A DNA stretch of 64,000 nt. It comes from an uncultured Candidatus Saccharibacteria bacterium (GTDB taxonomy: Bacteria > Patescibacteriota > Minisyncoccia > Minisyncoccales > Staskawiczbacteraceae). Each line of letters starts with the position of its first letter. Within the stretch, counting starts at the first letter, position 1. Below the pieces are notes generated by a model, which saw only the letters and a list, made by a program, of their open reading frames with translations, was not told where the DNA came from and ran no database searches. The stretch lies in the NCBI GenBank assembly GCA_964599285.1, contig CAZREI010000003.1, positions 3,595 to 67,594 on the forward strand, read 5' to 3'. Both the position numbers and the translations under genes were made by a program. Below are positions 43,864 to 54,398 of this stretch, piece after piece.

Positions 43864-44820
43864 ATGGCAACCTATTTAGTCACCGGGAGCGCTGGTTTTG
43901 TTGGTTTTCACACCGCAAAATATTTACTGGAACATGGCATCGATGTTGTTGGTATTGATAATTTCAATGCTTACTACGACGCCTCTTTGAAAGAAGCCAG
44001 AAATAGTATTTTAGAAACGCATGATAACTTCAAACTTTATAGGGGGGACTTTGAAGATTTGGATTTTATCAAAAAAGTATTTAAAGAAAACACCATAGAC
44101 AAAGTTTGTCACTTGGGCGCTCAGGCCGGAGTGCGTTATAGTTTGACCCATCCCCATGCGTATATTCAATCAAACTTGGTTGGTTTTACCAATATCATTG
44201 ATGAGGCAAAAAATAATAATATTAAAACATTTGTGTACGCGTCCAGCAGTTCCGTGTATGGAAACAATAAAAAAGTTCCATTTTCCATTGAAGATAGAGT
44301 CGATTCCCCAATATCTTTATACGCCGCCACAAAAAGGGCCGACGAATTAATTGCTTACAGCTACCATAGTTTGTTTGGGTTGCGGTGCACCGGACTTCGG
44401 TTTTTTACGGTATATGGACCCTATGGAAGGCCCGACTTATCGTTATTTAAATTTGTAAAAGCGATGCTGGAACACAGGCCAATTGATGTTTACAATTACG
44501 GAAACATGAAACGGGATTTTACGTATATTGATGATATTGTTTCGGGTATTGTGGTCGCCTTAGACAAATCGTATCCGTATGAAATATTTAACTTGGGAAA
44601 TAATAGTGCCGTTGCTTTGGGATATTTTATAGAATGCATAGAAAAAGAGCTTGGCATAAAAGCAGAAAAAAATATGATGCCGATGCAACCTGGCGACGTC
44701 CCTGAAACGTTGGCGGATATTGCCCATTCAACCCACATGCTGGGGTATCATCCCAAAACATCGGTTGAAATCGGAATTAAGCACTTTATTGCATGGTACA
44801 AAAACTATTATAAGGTTTAA
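43864..44820 (+). CDS. NAD-dependent nucleotide-sugar epimerase (UDP-glucuronate 4-epimerase-like)
   Basis: VTGSAGFVGFH, SSSSVYG and YAATK (YxxxK). Confidence 0.85.
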   Translation: MATYLVTGSAGFVGFHTAKYLLEHGIDVVGIDNFNAYYDASLKEARNSILETHDNFKLYRGDFEDLDFIKKVFKENTIDKVCHLGAQAGVRYSLTHPHAYIQSNLVGFTNIIDEAKNNNIKTFVYASSSSVYGNNKKVPFSIEDRVDSPISLYAATKRADELIAYSYHSLFGLRCTGLRFFTVYGPYGRPDLSLFKFVKAMLEHRPIDVYNYGNMKRDFTYIDDIVSGIVVALDKSYPYEIFNLGNNSAVALGYFIECIEKELGIKAEKNMMPMQPGDVPETLADIAHSTHMLGYHPKTSVEIGIKHFIAWYKNYYKV

Positions 44821-44825
44821 GCGAT

Positions 44826-45788
44826 ATGAACTGTAGGGTTTCAGTAATTCTTAGCACCCATAATGCGGCAGATACACTTGGCGCGGCAATCAAAAGCGTT
44901 TTAGGTCAAAGCTTTTCTGATTTTGAGTTTATCATTATTGATGACGCTTCCGACGACGCGTCGGGAAATATTTTAGCAGATGCTGCCAACCGCGACAAAA
45001 GGATAATTATTATCAGAAATGAAAGCAATATAGGACTTACCAAAAGTTTAAATAAAGGGATTAATATTGCTAGGGGCGAATATATTGCCAGAATCGACGC
45101 GGGAGACCTGTGGAATACAACAAAACTGGAAAAACAGATTGTATTTTTAGGCCAAAATCAGGATTATAGTATATGCGGGACGCAGGCCTTTTATATTGAC
45201 GGCCAAGGAAAAGTTTTGGGCAGGTCTTCTTATAGCGGTGCCAACAAAGATATTAAAATGAACTTTTTTACGCGCGAGGGAATTTTTTTCCACCCCAGTA
45301 TTGTGTTTAGAAATACGGGAATCAAGTATAGAGATTTTTTTCGATATTCCCAAGATTTAGATCTTTATATGAGATTATTTTTTAAAGGAAAATTCTATTG
45401 CTTGCCCGAGCCGCTCATATCTTCCCGGTTCAGTCTGGGGGACCTTACGATGAATAAAAGGTATTTTCAACGGCAGTATTCAAGCATCATTTACCGGCTG
45501 TTTAAAGAAAGAATGCTATCGGGGACAGACAGCCTGGACACGGGTAAACAGTATGTGTTGTATGAAACCAAATTGGGCCTGAAGCTTTGTTCTTGGTCAA
45601 AAGTTTTTATTTTTAAATACATTAAAAATAAAATTTCTAGCAGGCGATCTTTGGCATGGGTTTTTTGGCTGTCATTGGCCATGATACTATACCCGCCCTA
45701 TATAAAAGATTACGGCAGTAAACTTATGAGAGTAGTGCTTTATAAAAAGTTAAAGATACTGAAAATAAATGACCATTGGCTGGATTGA
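44826..45788 (+). CDS. GT2-family glycosyltransferase
   Basis: VSVILSTHNAADTL..FEFIIIDDASDD and the DAGD motif region (ARIDAGD). Confidence 0.85.
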   Translation: MNCRVSVILSTHNAADTLGAAIKSVLGQSFSDFEFIIIDDASDDASGNILADAANRDKRIIIIRNESNIGLTKSLNKGINIARGEYIARIDAGDLWNTTKLEKQIVFLGQNQDYSICGTQAFYIDGQGKVLGRSSYSGANKDIKMNFFTREGIFFHPSIVFRNTGIKYRDFFRYSQDLDLYMRLFFKGKFYCLPEPLISSRFSLGDLTMNKRYFQRQYSSIIYRLFKERMLSGTDSLDTGKQYVLYETKLGLKLCSWSKVFIFKYIKNKISSRRSLAWVFWLSLAMILYPPYIKDYGSKLMRVVLYKKLKILKINDHWLD

Positions 45789-46755
45789 AACAATTTTCAA
45801 AAAAAATGGCGGGATTATCTATGGCCAAAGCGCGCGGGATGCTCTTGGCAAGAATTTTGACGTAAAACTTTTGGTGCCTCAGTCTGTATATTTTGGCAGG
45901 TTTAGATATTTGAAGGTTTTGGAGCTGGTATGGGATCTGGGCAGACTTGAAGGCAAGAAAGATGTGTGGGTTCGCGATTTTTATTCAGTGCTGACCATGC
46001 CATTTGATAAAACTTCCGGAAAAAATATTGCCATGATCCACCATGATGATTTTTCCGGTTATCCCGCGCCTTCAAGGCCGATGTTTAAAATTGCACAACA
46101 GGTTTTTTATATAAATTTAAAAAAAGCAGACGCCATTGTTACCGTTTCTGAATATTGGCAGCAGTATTTTTTAAAAAAGGGGTATCGTAATGTGTACAAA
46201 ATATATAACGGTTTTATGGTAGGAGATTTTAATATTTTAGAAGAGGATGTTTTGGATTTTAAAAAAAGATATAACCTTTTAGCAAAACCCATCATCTATT
46301 TGGGAAATTGCCAGAGGGCAAAAGGCGTTGTGGAAAGTTATAAGGCTCTCAAAGATTTAGACGTTCATTTAATAACTTCCGGAAAAAGACAGGTAAAACT
46401 TCCCGCTCTGAATTTAGATTTAGATTATAAAGATTATGTAACATTATTAAAGGCATCTTCTCTTGTTGTGCTCATGTCTAAATTTAGGGAGGGATGGTGT
46501 AGAACGGCTCACGAGGCAATGTTATGCCAAACTCCCGTTATCGGGTCGGGACTTGGAGGAATGAGGGAGCTATTGGAAGGCGGCAAACAAATTATTTGTA
46601 GTAGTTTTGAAGATCTAAAAAAAGAAGTCGCATATCTTTTGGAGCACCAAGATAAAAGGAACATGATGGGTGTTGATGGTTATCATTTTGCCAAAGCGTT
46701 TACCATGGAAAGATTTAACAATGACTGGTTGCAAGTAATAAAAAAAATAATGTAA
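45769..46755 (+). CDS. GT-B (GT4-like) glycosyltransferase
   Basis: C-terminal EGWCRTAHEAMLCQTPVIGSGLGGMRELL (EX7E-like region). Confidence 0.65.
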   Translation: MTIGWIETIFKKNGGIIYGQSARDALGKNFDVKLLVPQSVYFGRFRYLKVLELVWDLGRLEGKKDVWVRDFYSVLTMPFDKTSGKNIAMIHHDDFSGYPAPSRPMFKIAQQVFYINLKKADAIVTVSEYWQQYFLKKGYRNVYKIYNGFMVGDFNILEEDVLDFKKRYNLLAKPIIYLGNCQRAKGVVESYKALKDLDVHLITSGKRQVKLPALNLDLDYKDYVTLLKASSLVVLMSKFREGWCRTAHEAMLCQTPVIGSGLGGMRELLEGGKQIICSSFEDLKKEVAYLLEHQDKRNMMGVDGYHFAKAFTMERFNNDWLQVIKKIM

Positions 46756-46759
46756 AAAT

Positions 46760-48685
46760 ATGTGTGGAATTACGGGCATTTGGGATTTTAAGGATAAAAT
46801 TTCACCAGAAGTATTAGAAAAAATGACCGATGCGTTGCATCATCGGGGTCCCGATGACTCGGGTATTTTTATTGACCAAAAAAATAATATCGGCTTTGGC
46901 CACCAACGCTTATCCATTTTAGATTTGTCGCCGGCCGGGCATCAGCCGATGGCAAATGAGGGCCAGACTATTTTCCTGACCTTCAACGGGGAGATATATA
47001 ATTTTAGAGAAATTCGTAAGGAACTGGAAGATAAGGGGCATACGTTTAAAAGTAATTCTGATACCGAAGTAGTTCTCAAATCCTACGAGCAGTGGGGGAT
47101 GGAATCCATGAAAAAATTTCGGGGAATGTTTGCGTTTGCCATCTTTGACAAAAGATCCGAGACGCTTTTTTTGGCAAGAGATAGGGCCGGAGTAAAGCCT
47201 TTGTATTACTATTCTCAAAATAACATATTGCTTTTTAGTTCAGAATTAAAAAGTTTTCATCAACATCCCAAATTCCAAAAAGAAATCAACTTTGACGCGC
47301 TGGCGCTCTTTTTGCAATTTGGTTATATTTTGGCTCCGCATACTATTTTCAAAAACACGCGCAAAGTAAACCCCGGACACTATCTTCAAATTGATAAGGC
47401 TGGCAACGTAAAAGAAATAAAATACTGGGACATCATTGATTATTACTTGGCCAAACCAATTAACAAACCGGAAGCTGAAATTGAAAAAGAGCTGGAGCAA
47501 ATCCTGGTGGAATCTTTTCAATACCGAATGGTATCGGATGTGCCAGTTGGAGTTTTTTTATCAGGCGGAATAGACTCAAGTTTGGTTACAGCCCTTTTAC
47601 AGTCAACTTCTAAAAATGCCATTAAAACATTTACCATTGGTTTTGCTGAGTCAGGATATAACGAGGCGTCTTTCGCAAAAAAAATCGCAAAGTATCTTAA
47701 AACGGATCACCATGAACTTTACTGTACCCCAAAAGATGCCCTCCAAATTATCTCAAAGCTACCAGATATTTACGACGAACCGTTCGGTGACAGTTCCGGC
47801 ATTCCCACCTACTTGGTTTCAAAATTTGCCCGGGAAAAAGTAAAAGTAGCTCTATCTGCCGATGCCGGAGACGAGCTTTTCTGCGGATACGCAAGATACG
47901 GACTGCTCAATAGGTACTACAAAGCAGTCCACAACACCCCTTCGTTTTTACTGTCTCCGGTTTCTTCGGCTTTGTCGTTATTTTCTCCGAATATTATCGC
48001 GGGCGCGTATCGTTTTTTTCCTTTTTTACCAAAGCAGACAAATCTTAGAGACAAAATGTTTAAGTTTAAAAATGTTTTGCAATATAAAAATAACAGTTTA
48101 TCTGGTATTGTTAAGGATAGTTATAGCTATTGGTCGTTGCATCAGCTAAGGGAGCTTTTAAAAAAACCTTATGCCCCGTTACGTGATAATTTTTCCGAAT
48201 TTACGAGAGTTGAAAACCTACCGGCAATATCCCAAATGCAGGCCGTGGATTTTAAAACATACCTTTGCGATGATATTTTGACCAAAGTAGATAGGGCGAC
48301 GATGGCCGTGAGCTTGGAGGCAAGAGAACCTTTTTTAGACCATACTATTGCCGAATATATAGCAAGAGTTCCCCTTGATTTAAAGTATAGAAACGGAGAG
48401 AGTAAATATATTTTGCGGAAGATATTATACAAGTATGTTCCCAAAGAATTATTACAAAGGCCTAAGCAGGGTTTTGGGGTTCCCATAGATAGTTGGCTAA
48501 AAAATGATTTAAAAGGCATTTTGCAACAGTATCTTTCGCCAGAAAATATAAAAAACCAAGGTATTTTTAATGAAACATACGTTACAGAAAGTTTAAATGG
48601 GTATTTGGCGGGAGCTTCGGATTCTGCTCACAAATTTTGGTTTTTACTGATGTTTCAAATGTGGCATGAACGGTGGATGAAATAA
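46760..48685 (+). CDS. asnB: asparagine synthase (glutamine-hydrolysing)-family amidotransferase
   Basis: N-terminal MCGI (Ntn Cys2), the GATase-2 domain, and the PP-loop SGGIDSS. Confidence 0.9.
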   Translation: MCGITGIWDFKDKISPEVLEKMTDALHHRGPDDSGIFIDQKNNIGFGHQRLSILDLSPAGHQPMANEGQTIFLTFNGEIYNFREIRKELEDKGHTFKSNSDTEVVLKSYEQWGMESMKKFRGMFAFAIFDKRSETLFLARDRAGVKPLYYYSQNNILLFSSELKSFHQHPKFQKEINFDALALFLQFGYILAPHTIFKNTRKVNPGHYLQIDKAGNVKEIKYWDIIDYYLAKPINKPEAEIEKELEQILVESFQYRMVSDVPVGVFLSGGIDSSLVTALLQSTSKNAIKTFTIGFAESGYNEASFAKKIAKYLKTDHHELYCTPKDALQIISKLPDIYDEPFGDSSGIPTYLVSKFAREKVKVALSADAGDELFCGYARYGLLNRYYKAVHNTPSFLLSPVSSALSLFSPNIIAGAYRFFPFLPKQTNLRDKMFKFKNVLQYKNNSLSGIVKDSYSYWSLHQLRELLKKPYAPLRDNFSEFTRVENLPAISQMQAVDFKTYLCDDILTKVDRATMAVSLEAREPFLDHTIAEYIARVPLDLKYRNGESKYILRKILYKYVPKELLQRPKQGFGVPIDSWLKNDLKGILQQYLSPENIKNQGIFNETYVTESLNGYLAGASDSAHKFWFLLMFQMWHERWMK

Positions 48686-50094
48686 TGGTAACCATGGAAA
48701 TTTTTTTTATAAAAAATACATTAGTATTTGTGGCGATTTTATTGGTGATGTTAATTGCGTCCTTCTTTTTTGATAGAGCCTTGTGTGTGGGGATCGTTTT
48801 GCTTATGGCGCTGTCTGGCATTACTTTTTTTGTTTTATACAAATTGGGTTTTAGGGATAAAAAACTATATTGGCTTTTTATAATTACCTTGGCGATACAT
48901 CTTGGCGCTACCTTATTTATGCACTACGATAACTTCCAGCCTTTTTCCGGAGGCATTGGAGACTATTTGGTCTATCAAAAGTCGGCGGTTGAGGCATCGG
49001 TATCTTTCCGCCAGGGAATTTTTTCAATTAGAAAAATCGCCTTACAGCATCCGGATTTTTATACGGCCCATTGCTACCCGGTTTTGGTCGGAGCGTTATA
49101 TGCCCTGACGATGCCGCAAGAGATTATCGGATTGATGCTCAACGTATGGCTTGTGGCGCTTACCGTAATTTTTGCATACCTTACCATGTTAGAAATTGGT
49201 GGTTTGAATAAAAATGCTTTTATTGTCGGTGTCATCATCGCGGTGTATCCAAGCTATCTTTTTAACTCGGGGCTTTTGCTCAAAGACCCCTTGGAGATAT
49301 GTTTTATATTTTTGGGATTGTTGTTTTTAGCAAAAGTCATCAAAAAATGTACCTGGTATCATTTTTTAGTATTCTATCTTTCAATAATCGTAGCGACGCA
49401 TTTTCGTTTTTATATCGGATACGCCTTGATTGCCACTTTTATAGTATCTTGGTTTTTATTTTCCCAAATAAACTTAAAGCGCAAAATAGCATATGGAGTG
49501 ATATTTATTATTCTACTGGGGTTTATCCCGGAACTTGCCGTCGGTCAAGGATATTATGGAATTTACTCGCTTAAAAAATACTTCAATGTTAGCACGGTTA
49601 ACTTTTATCGGCAGTCAGCCTATAATCCGGCACATTATAAAACGCCCACGCCGCCCGCGCTGGCCGTTTCAATTTCACCCACGACTTCAGTCGCGCCCGT
49701 TGTGTCAGTCGCTCCCGTAACCGGCCTGGAATCCACTTTTTTGGTAGAGAATACGCCTCTTGGTTACCTAAAATCTTTTGTGTATATAGTATTAGGCCCC
49801 TTCCCTTGGCAGATTAAAAACGCTCGCCAAGCATTTGCCCTTTTAGAAACGCTGCCATGGTATGTCCTATTGATTTTTGTAGTCAGTGGCGCGGTGGTGG
49901 TAGTTAAAAAACGTATCAAGGTTGCGATGCCGCTGTTAATTTTTAGCATACTGGTTCTTATTTTGATTGCCATATTTGATAATAATTTCGGGCTTATTGT
50001 CAGGATCAGAATCCCGGCTTTTATTTCGCTCCTGTGCGTAGCTTCGTTAAGTCCAATCGCCATAAAATATACAAAAAATAATGCAAATGCGTAA
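48673..50094 (+). CDS. polytopic membrane protein (possible glycan polymerase / GT-C-like)
   Basis: More than 10 hydrophobic segments plus one P/T/S/V-rich loop (PTPPALAVSISPTTSVAPVVSVAPV). The function is inferred from locus context only. Confidence 0.45.
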   Translation: MDEIMVTMEIFFIKNTLVFVAILLVMLIASFFFDRALCVGIVLLMALSGITFFVLYKLGFRDKKLYWLFIITLAIHLGATLFMHYDNFQPFSGGIGDYLVYQKSAVEASVSFRQGIFSIRKIALQHPDFYTAHCYPVLVGALYALTMPQEIIGLMLNVWLVALTVIFAYLTMLEIGGLNKNAFIVGVIIAVYPSYLFNSGLLLKDPLEICFIFLGLLFLAKVIKKCTWYHFLVFYLSIIVATHFRFYIGYALIATFIVSWFLFSQINLKRKIAYGVIFIILLGFIPELAVGQGYYGIYSLKKYFNVSTVNFYRQSAYNPAHYKTPTPPALAVSISPTTSVAPVVSVAPVTGLESTFLVENTPLGYLKSFVYIVLGPFPWQIKNARQAFALLETLPWYVLLIFVVSGAVVVVKKRIKVAMPLLIFSILVLILIAIFDNNFGLIVRIRIPAFISLLCVASLSPIAIKYTKNNANA

Positions 50095-51253
50095 AATAAA
50101 AATTTGCCGTGTAGCCAATAACGATAAGTTCGTGAAGTTTAATTTGCTTTCACAATTGGAATTCTTAGTTAAGGAAGGCCACGACGTGCATGTTGTTTGT
50201 TCCACGGGCCCCTGGGTGGCCGATATTGAAAAAAGGGGGATACGGGTAAAAACGATAACGATAAAAAGAAAGATAAGCCCCTTATATGATCTGCTTACCC
50301 TCTATAGATTATGGAATTATTTTAGGAAAGAAAATTTTGATATAGTCCATACTCATAACCCAAAGCCGGGTTTGTTGGGCCAGTTAGCGGCCAAAATAGC
50401 AGGGGTTTTGGTAATCATAAATACCGTTCACGGATTTTATTTTCAGAAAAATTCCTCTTTGCTGAAAAGAAAATTTTTTATTATGATTGAAAAGATTGCG
50501 GCTCGATGCTCGGATCTGATTTTTTTTGTTAACCGGGAAGACATGAAAACAGCGCTGGAAGAAAAAATATGCCGCGACGCATTGATTAGCTATCTTGGCG
50601 GCGCGATTGATATCAATAAATTCAGTCCCGATCGTTTCCCTCAATCGTTTATTGACGCTAAAAAACAAACATTAAAAATAACGTCTGATCAAAAAGTTAT
50701 CGGCATTGTTGCAAGATTAGTAAAAGAAAAAGGATATATTGAACTATTCGCAGCGATGCAAAGCATTGCCAAAAAATTTCCAAAAACTGTTCTTTTGGTC
50801 GTGGGATCAAAAGAAAAAGACAAAAAAGATTCTTTTGATTTTGCAGGTTTTCAAAAGAAATACGCACTGGACAATAATGTGTTATTTTTAGGAGAAACAG
50901 AAAATGTCGATCAAATATACAGTATAATGGATGTTTTTGTTTTACCCTCGTATAGAGAGGGTTTGGGGCTGGCTATTTTAGAGGCCTCTGCCATGGAAAA
51001 GCCGGTTGTTGCCACCAACATACGAGGATGTAGGGAAGCGGTTGACGACAGCAAAACGGGCATGCTGGTTCCGCCAGGAAACTTTGAAAAATTAGAAAAA
51101 GCCCTTATGTATTTTCTGGAAAATCCGACGGAGGCAAAAAAAATGGGTAAAAATGGCAGAATAAAAATAATCAAGGAGTTTGACCAAAGCCTGGTTTTTG
51201 ATAGGATAAAAAAGGAATATAATCTCTTGCTGCAAAAAAAATCGCGATTATGA
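50081..51253 (+). CDS. GT4-family glycosyltransferase
   Basis: REGLGLAILEASAMEKPVVATNIRGCREAV. Confidence 0.85.
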   Translation: MQMRKIKICRVANNDKFVKFNLLSQLEFLVKEGHDVHVVCSTGPWVADIEKRGIRVKTITIKRKISPLYDLLTLYRLWNYFRKENFDIVHTHNPKPGLLGQLAAKIAGVLVIINTVHGFYFQKNSSLLKRKFFIMIEKIAARCSDLIFFVNREDMKTALEEKICRDALISYLGGAIDINKFSPDRFPQSFIDAKKQTLKITSDQKVIGIVARLVKEKGYIELFAAMQSIAKKFPKTVLLVVGSKEKDKKDSFDFAGFQKKYALDNNVLFLGETENVDQIYSIMDVFVLPSYREGLGLAILEASAMEKPVVATNIRGCREAVDDSKTGMLVPPGNFEKLEKALMYFLENPTEAKKMGKNGRIKIIKEFDQSLVFDRIKKEYNLLLQKKSRL

Positions 51254-52608
51254 CAAAAATAAATTTCTTAAAAATTGCCTTATTTATCGGTGACGTCGTT
51301 ATTGCCTACGCCGCTCTTTTTCTATCACTTTTGGTTAGAAATAAGGGCCTCCTTTTGCAATTTACTGGGTTTTTATACCATATCATCGCGTTATATGCCG
51401 TTTGGATCATCGTCATTTTTATTTTACATTTATACGATCTGCATTTTTTAAAAAAGCCGATAGATCTTTTCTTTAACCTGGTTATTTTTTCCATCGTAGC
51501 TTTTTTGTCCGGCGTGGTCTATTTTTATTTCCTGCCGCTGCCTGGCATAACTCCTAAAATACTGCTACTTTTAAATATTATAGTGTTTGATACCCTCTTT
51601 TTGTTTTGGCGTTATCTATTTAACTTTTTTTTGTCAACCGATAGCGTAAAGGAAAAATTGGTTATCGTGGGATTTCATGAAAGGCTGGAAGAAATTTTGC
51701 CGCAGGTAAAAAGGATTTATGAAGTGGCGGGAATTTTTCTTCCGCCATCATACGCAGGGGATTATAAAAAATACGCAGCCGGCTTTCCAGCAACAAATAC
51801 TATTTTTGCAGTCGCGGAATTAAAACATATCGTAACCGAAAAAAAAGTTACTTCAATCGTATTCGCGCTGGATTTTTATTCAAACAAAGATTTGGTGAAA
51901 GAAATTTTCTATGCTTTGCCGCTGACCTTAAACTATATGGGGATAGACGATTTATATGAATCAACTGTAAGAAAAGTGTCCTTGGAGCATTTAAACGAGA
52001 TTTGGTTTTTAGAGAAAGTTTCAAAGTCCGAAGATATGTTTGCGAGCACGGTAAAAAGGTTTTTTGATATTGTTTTTTCTATTATTGGATCACTTTTTTT
52101 TCTTATTTTCTTGCCTTTTATCGCGCTGGCCATTGCGCTGGATTCACCCGGACACGTTTTTTACTCTCAAAAACGGCCCGGTAAAAATGGCAATGTATTT
52201 ACGCTCTACAAATTCAGGACCATGAAGCAGTTTCCTGGCGATAGTGAAGCGGTTTGGCGAGAAAAAGATAAAAGCAGCATAACTAACGTTGGAAGATTCC
52301 TGCGCAGAACCCATTTAGATGAACTGCCCCAATCCTGGAGCATTCTAAAGGGCGAGTTAAGTTTTGTGGGCCCCAGGCCCGAACCGATGAAATTGGCGAA
52401 AATGTTTGAAGCAGAGATTCCTTTTTATCGCCAGCGCTACTTGGTAAAACCCGGCATTATCGGGTGGGCGCAGATTAATTTTCCGGCATCCCAATCAATG
52501 GAAGAAGCGAAAGAGAAGTTTCAGTATGACTTATATTATATCAAGAACCGTTCGTTGTTGTTGGATTTGGAAATTATTTTAAAGGCAATAAAACTTTTTT
52601 TCTGGTAG
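51250..52608 (+). CDS. polyprenyl-phosphate sugar-1-phosphate transferase (WbaP/EpsB-type initiating enzyme)
   Basis: N-terminal TM helices and the C-terminal catalytic domain KRFFDIVFS..SPGHVFYSQKRPGKNGNVFTLYKFRTM..DELPQ..GPRP. Confidence 0.85.
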   Translation: MTKINFLKIALFIGDVVIAYAALFLSLLVRNKGLLLQFTGFLYHIIALYAVWIIVIFILHLYDLHFLKKPIDLFFNLVIFSIVAFLSGVVYFYFLPLPGITPKILLLLNIIVFDTLFLFWRYLFNFFLSTDSVKEKLVIVGFHERLEEILPQVKRIYEVAGIFLPPSYAGDYKKYAAGFPATNTIFAVAELKHIVTEKKVTSIVFALDFYSNKDLVKEIFYALPLTLNYMGIDDLYESTVRKVSLEHLNEIWFLEKVSKSEDMFASTVKRFFDIVFSIIGSLFFLIFLPFIALAIALDSPGHVFYSQKRPGKNGNVFTLYKFRTMKQFPGDSEAVWREKDKSSITNVGRFLRRTHLDELPQSWSILKGELSFVGPRPEPMKLAKMFEAEIPFYRQRYLVKPGIIGWAQINFPASQSMEEAKEKFQYDLYYIKNRSLLLDLEIILKAIKLFFW

Positions 52609-52630
52609 TTTTATGTTAATATGAAAAGCG

Positions 52631-54337
52631 ATGAATATCCAAAATAAAATTAAAATAGCTGCTTTTTTTACAGTTAGTTTTTTGGTGCTATGGTTGGCGC
52701 CAAGTGCCAAAGCCGCCAGCGTGGGGGATGTCGTCAACTTTAATGTGGATTCCGGTTACGATGCCCAAGCCCGCTTGCAGGTTCCGGCCACCCTGGTAAA
52801 AATTACCCCCAGTCTTTACTTTTACGTCCAAACCGATTGGTGGACGGCGCAATCTGGCGCAAAACAAATAGATATATTAACCCAGCTGGAAAGCCTTTCG
52901 TCTGAATTTAGCAGCCATATCTATCCCGCGCTGACCTCTCAATTCGGCTTTGACTCAAGGCCCGGCATTGATAACGATGCCCACATTGGCGTGCTGTTTG
53001 AAGCAATGAAGGAACCCAACGCCGGCTATTTTCGCCAAAATGACCAGTATCCAAAATTGCAGGTTCCTGATTCCAACGAACGGGACATGGCTTACCTTTC
53101 GCTTTCGCTGCTGTCTACTCCAAGCCAAATGAAAGTAGTGCTGGCTCACGAGTTCATGCACCTGATTATTTTTAACCAAAAAAATAAGTTACGCGGTGTG
53201 CAAGAAGAAACGTGGCTGGACGAAGCAAGGTCAGACTACACTTCAACCTTTTTGGGCTATGACGACGCTTACGAGGGCAGCAATTTGCAAGCGCGTGTCA
53301 AAGATTTTTTGGCCAGCCCCTCCGATTCAGTGCCTGAATTTTTAAACACCAAATATGATTTTGCCTCGGCGCATTTGTTTGCAGAGTACCTAGTTGAGCG
53401 CTATGGCATCGGCGTTTTGTCCGATTCTTTGCAGAGCAATTCGGTGGGCATTGAAAGTATTAACGCCGCGCTGGCCAAAAATGGCTATCGCGAAGATTTT
53501 GCCCAAGTTTTTACCAACTGGACTATTGCCCTTGCCGTTAATAACTGCGCCATTGATTCCCACTACTGCTACACCAGCGCCAACCTTTCAAATTTGCGTA
53601 TCAACCCGACGTTGCTGTTTTTGCCGTTGAGCGGCAACAGCTCGCTTTCTATTAATAATGTCACTAAAAACTGGGCGCCCAACTGGCAAAAAATTATCGG
53701 CGGCAGTGGCGACCTGACCTTGCAATTTTCCAGCCTGACCGGATTAAATTTCAAAGTGCCCTACATCACCTACGATAAAGGCAATAACGCTACCGTAAAA
53801 TTTTTGGCGCTTGACAGCAAATCAAAAGGCCAAATTTCTATTAAGGATTTTGGCAGCCAGTACAATTCATTAGTCATCATTCCAACACTGCAAACCAAAA
53901 CGTCCGGATTTTCCGGCGCGGAGCTGGCTTACCCTTATACCTTTACCATTACCATTGCCGGCAACTTGCCCCAGGAAGATCCGGCACTAATTCAGCAGTT
54001 GCTGGATAAAATTCAATCTTTACAAAAACAAATTGCGGCTCTGCGGTCGGTCAATGGCGGTCAAAGCACGCCGTCCAGCGTTTGCCAACTATCCATTGAT
54101 TTACGGGTCGGGTCATCGGGCAGCCAGGTTACCTGTTTACAAAAATTTCTAACAGCGCAAGGCCCCGCCATTTATCCGCAGGGCCTAGTTACCGGATATT
54201 TTGGCGCGCTGACCAAGGCGGCGGTTGTGCGTTTCCAGGAAAAATATAAAGCTGAAATTTTGCTTCCGCTGGGCCTGTCGCGGGGCACGGGATTTGTGGG
54301 AGCGGCCACCCGCCAGAAAATCAACAGTCTTTTATAA
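52631..54337 (+). CDS. secreted HExxH metallopeptidase-like protein with C-terminal peptidoglycan-binding domain
   Basis: A signal peptide, AHEFMHLI (HExxH) with downstream EETWLDEARSDY, a coiled coil (IQSLQKQIAALR), and a PG_binding_1-like end (GSQVTCLQKFLTAQG..GYFGALTKAAVVRFQ). Confidence 0.6.
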   Translation: MNIQNKIKIAAFFTVSFLVLWLAPSAKAASVGDVVNFNVDSGYDAQARLQVPATLVKITPSLYFYVQTDWWTAQSGAKQIDILTQLESLSSEFSSHIYPALTSQFGFDSRPGIDNDAHIGVLFEAMKEPNAGYFRQNDQYPKLQVPDSNERDMAYLSLSLLSTPSQMKVVLAHEFMHLIIFNQKNKLRGVQEETWLDEARSDYTSTFLGYDDAYEGSNLQARVKDFLASPSDSVPEFLNTKYDFASAHLFAEYLVERYGIGVLSDSLQSNSVGIESINAALAKNGYREDFAQVFTNWTIALAVNNCAIDSHYCYTSANLSNLRINPTLLFLPLSGNSSLSINNVTKNWAPNWQKIIGGSGDLTLQFSSLTGLNFKVPYITYDKGNNATVKFLALDSKSKGQISIKDFGSQYNSLVIIPTLQTKTSGFSGAELAYPYTFTITIAGNLPQEDPALIQQLLDKIQSLQKQIAALRSVNGGQSTPSSVCQLSIDLRVGSSGSQVTCLQKFLTAQGPAIYPQGLVTGYFGALTKAAVVRFQEKYKAEILLPLGLSRGTGFVGAATRQKINSLL

Positions 54338-54398
54338 TACAAGCGCTTACAAAAATCGCATTGACTTATGCGGTTTTTTGTTGTAGTAATATCAATAT

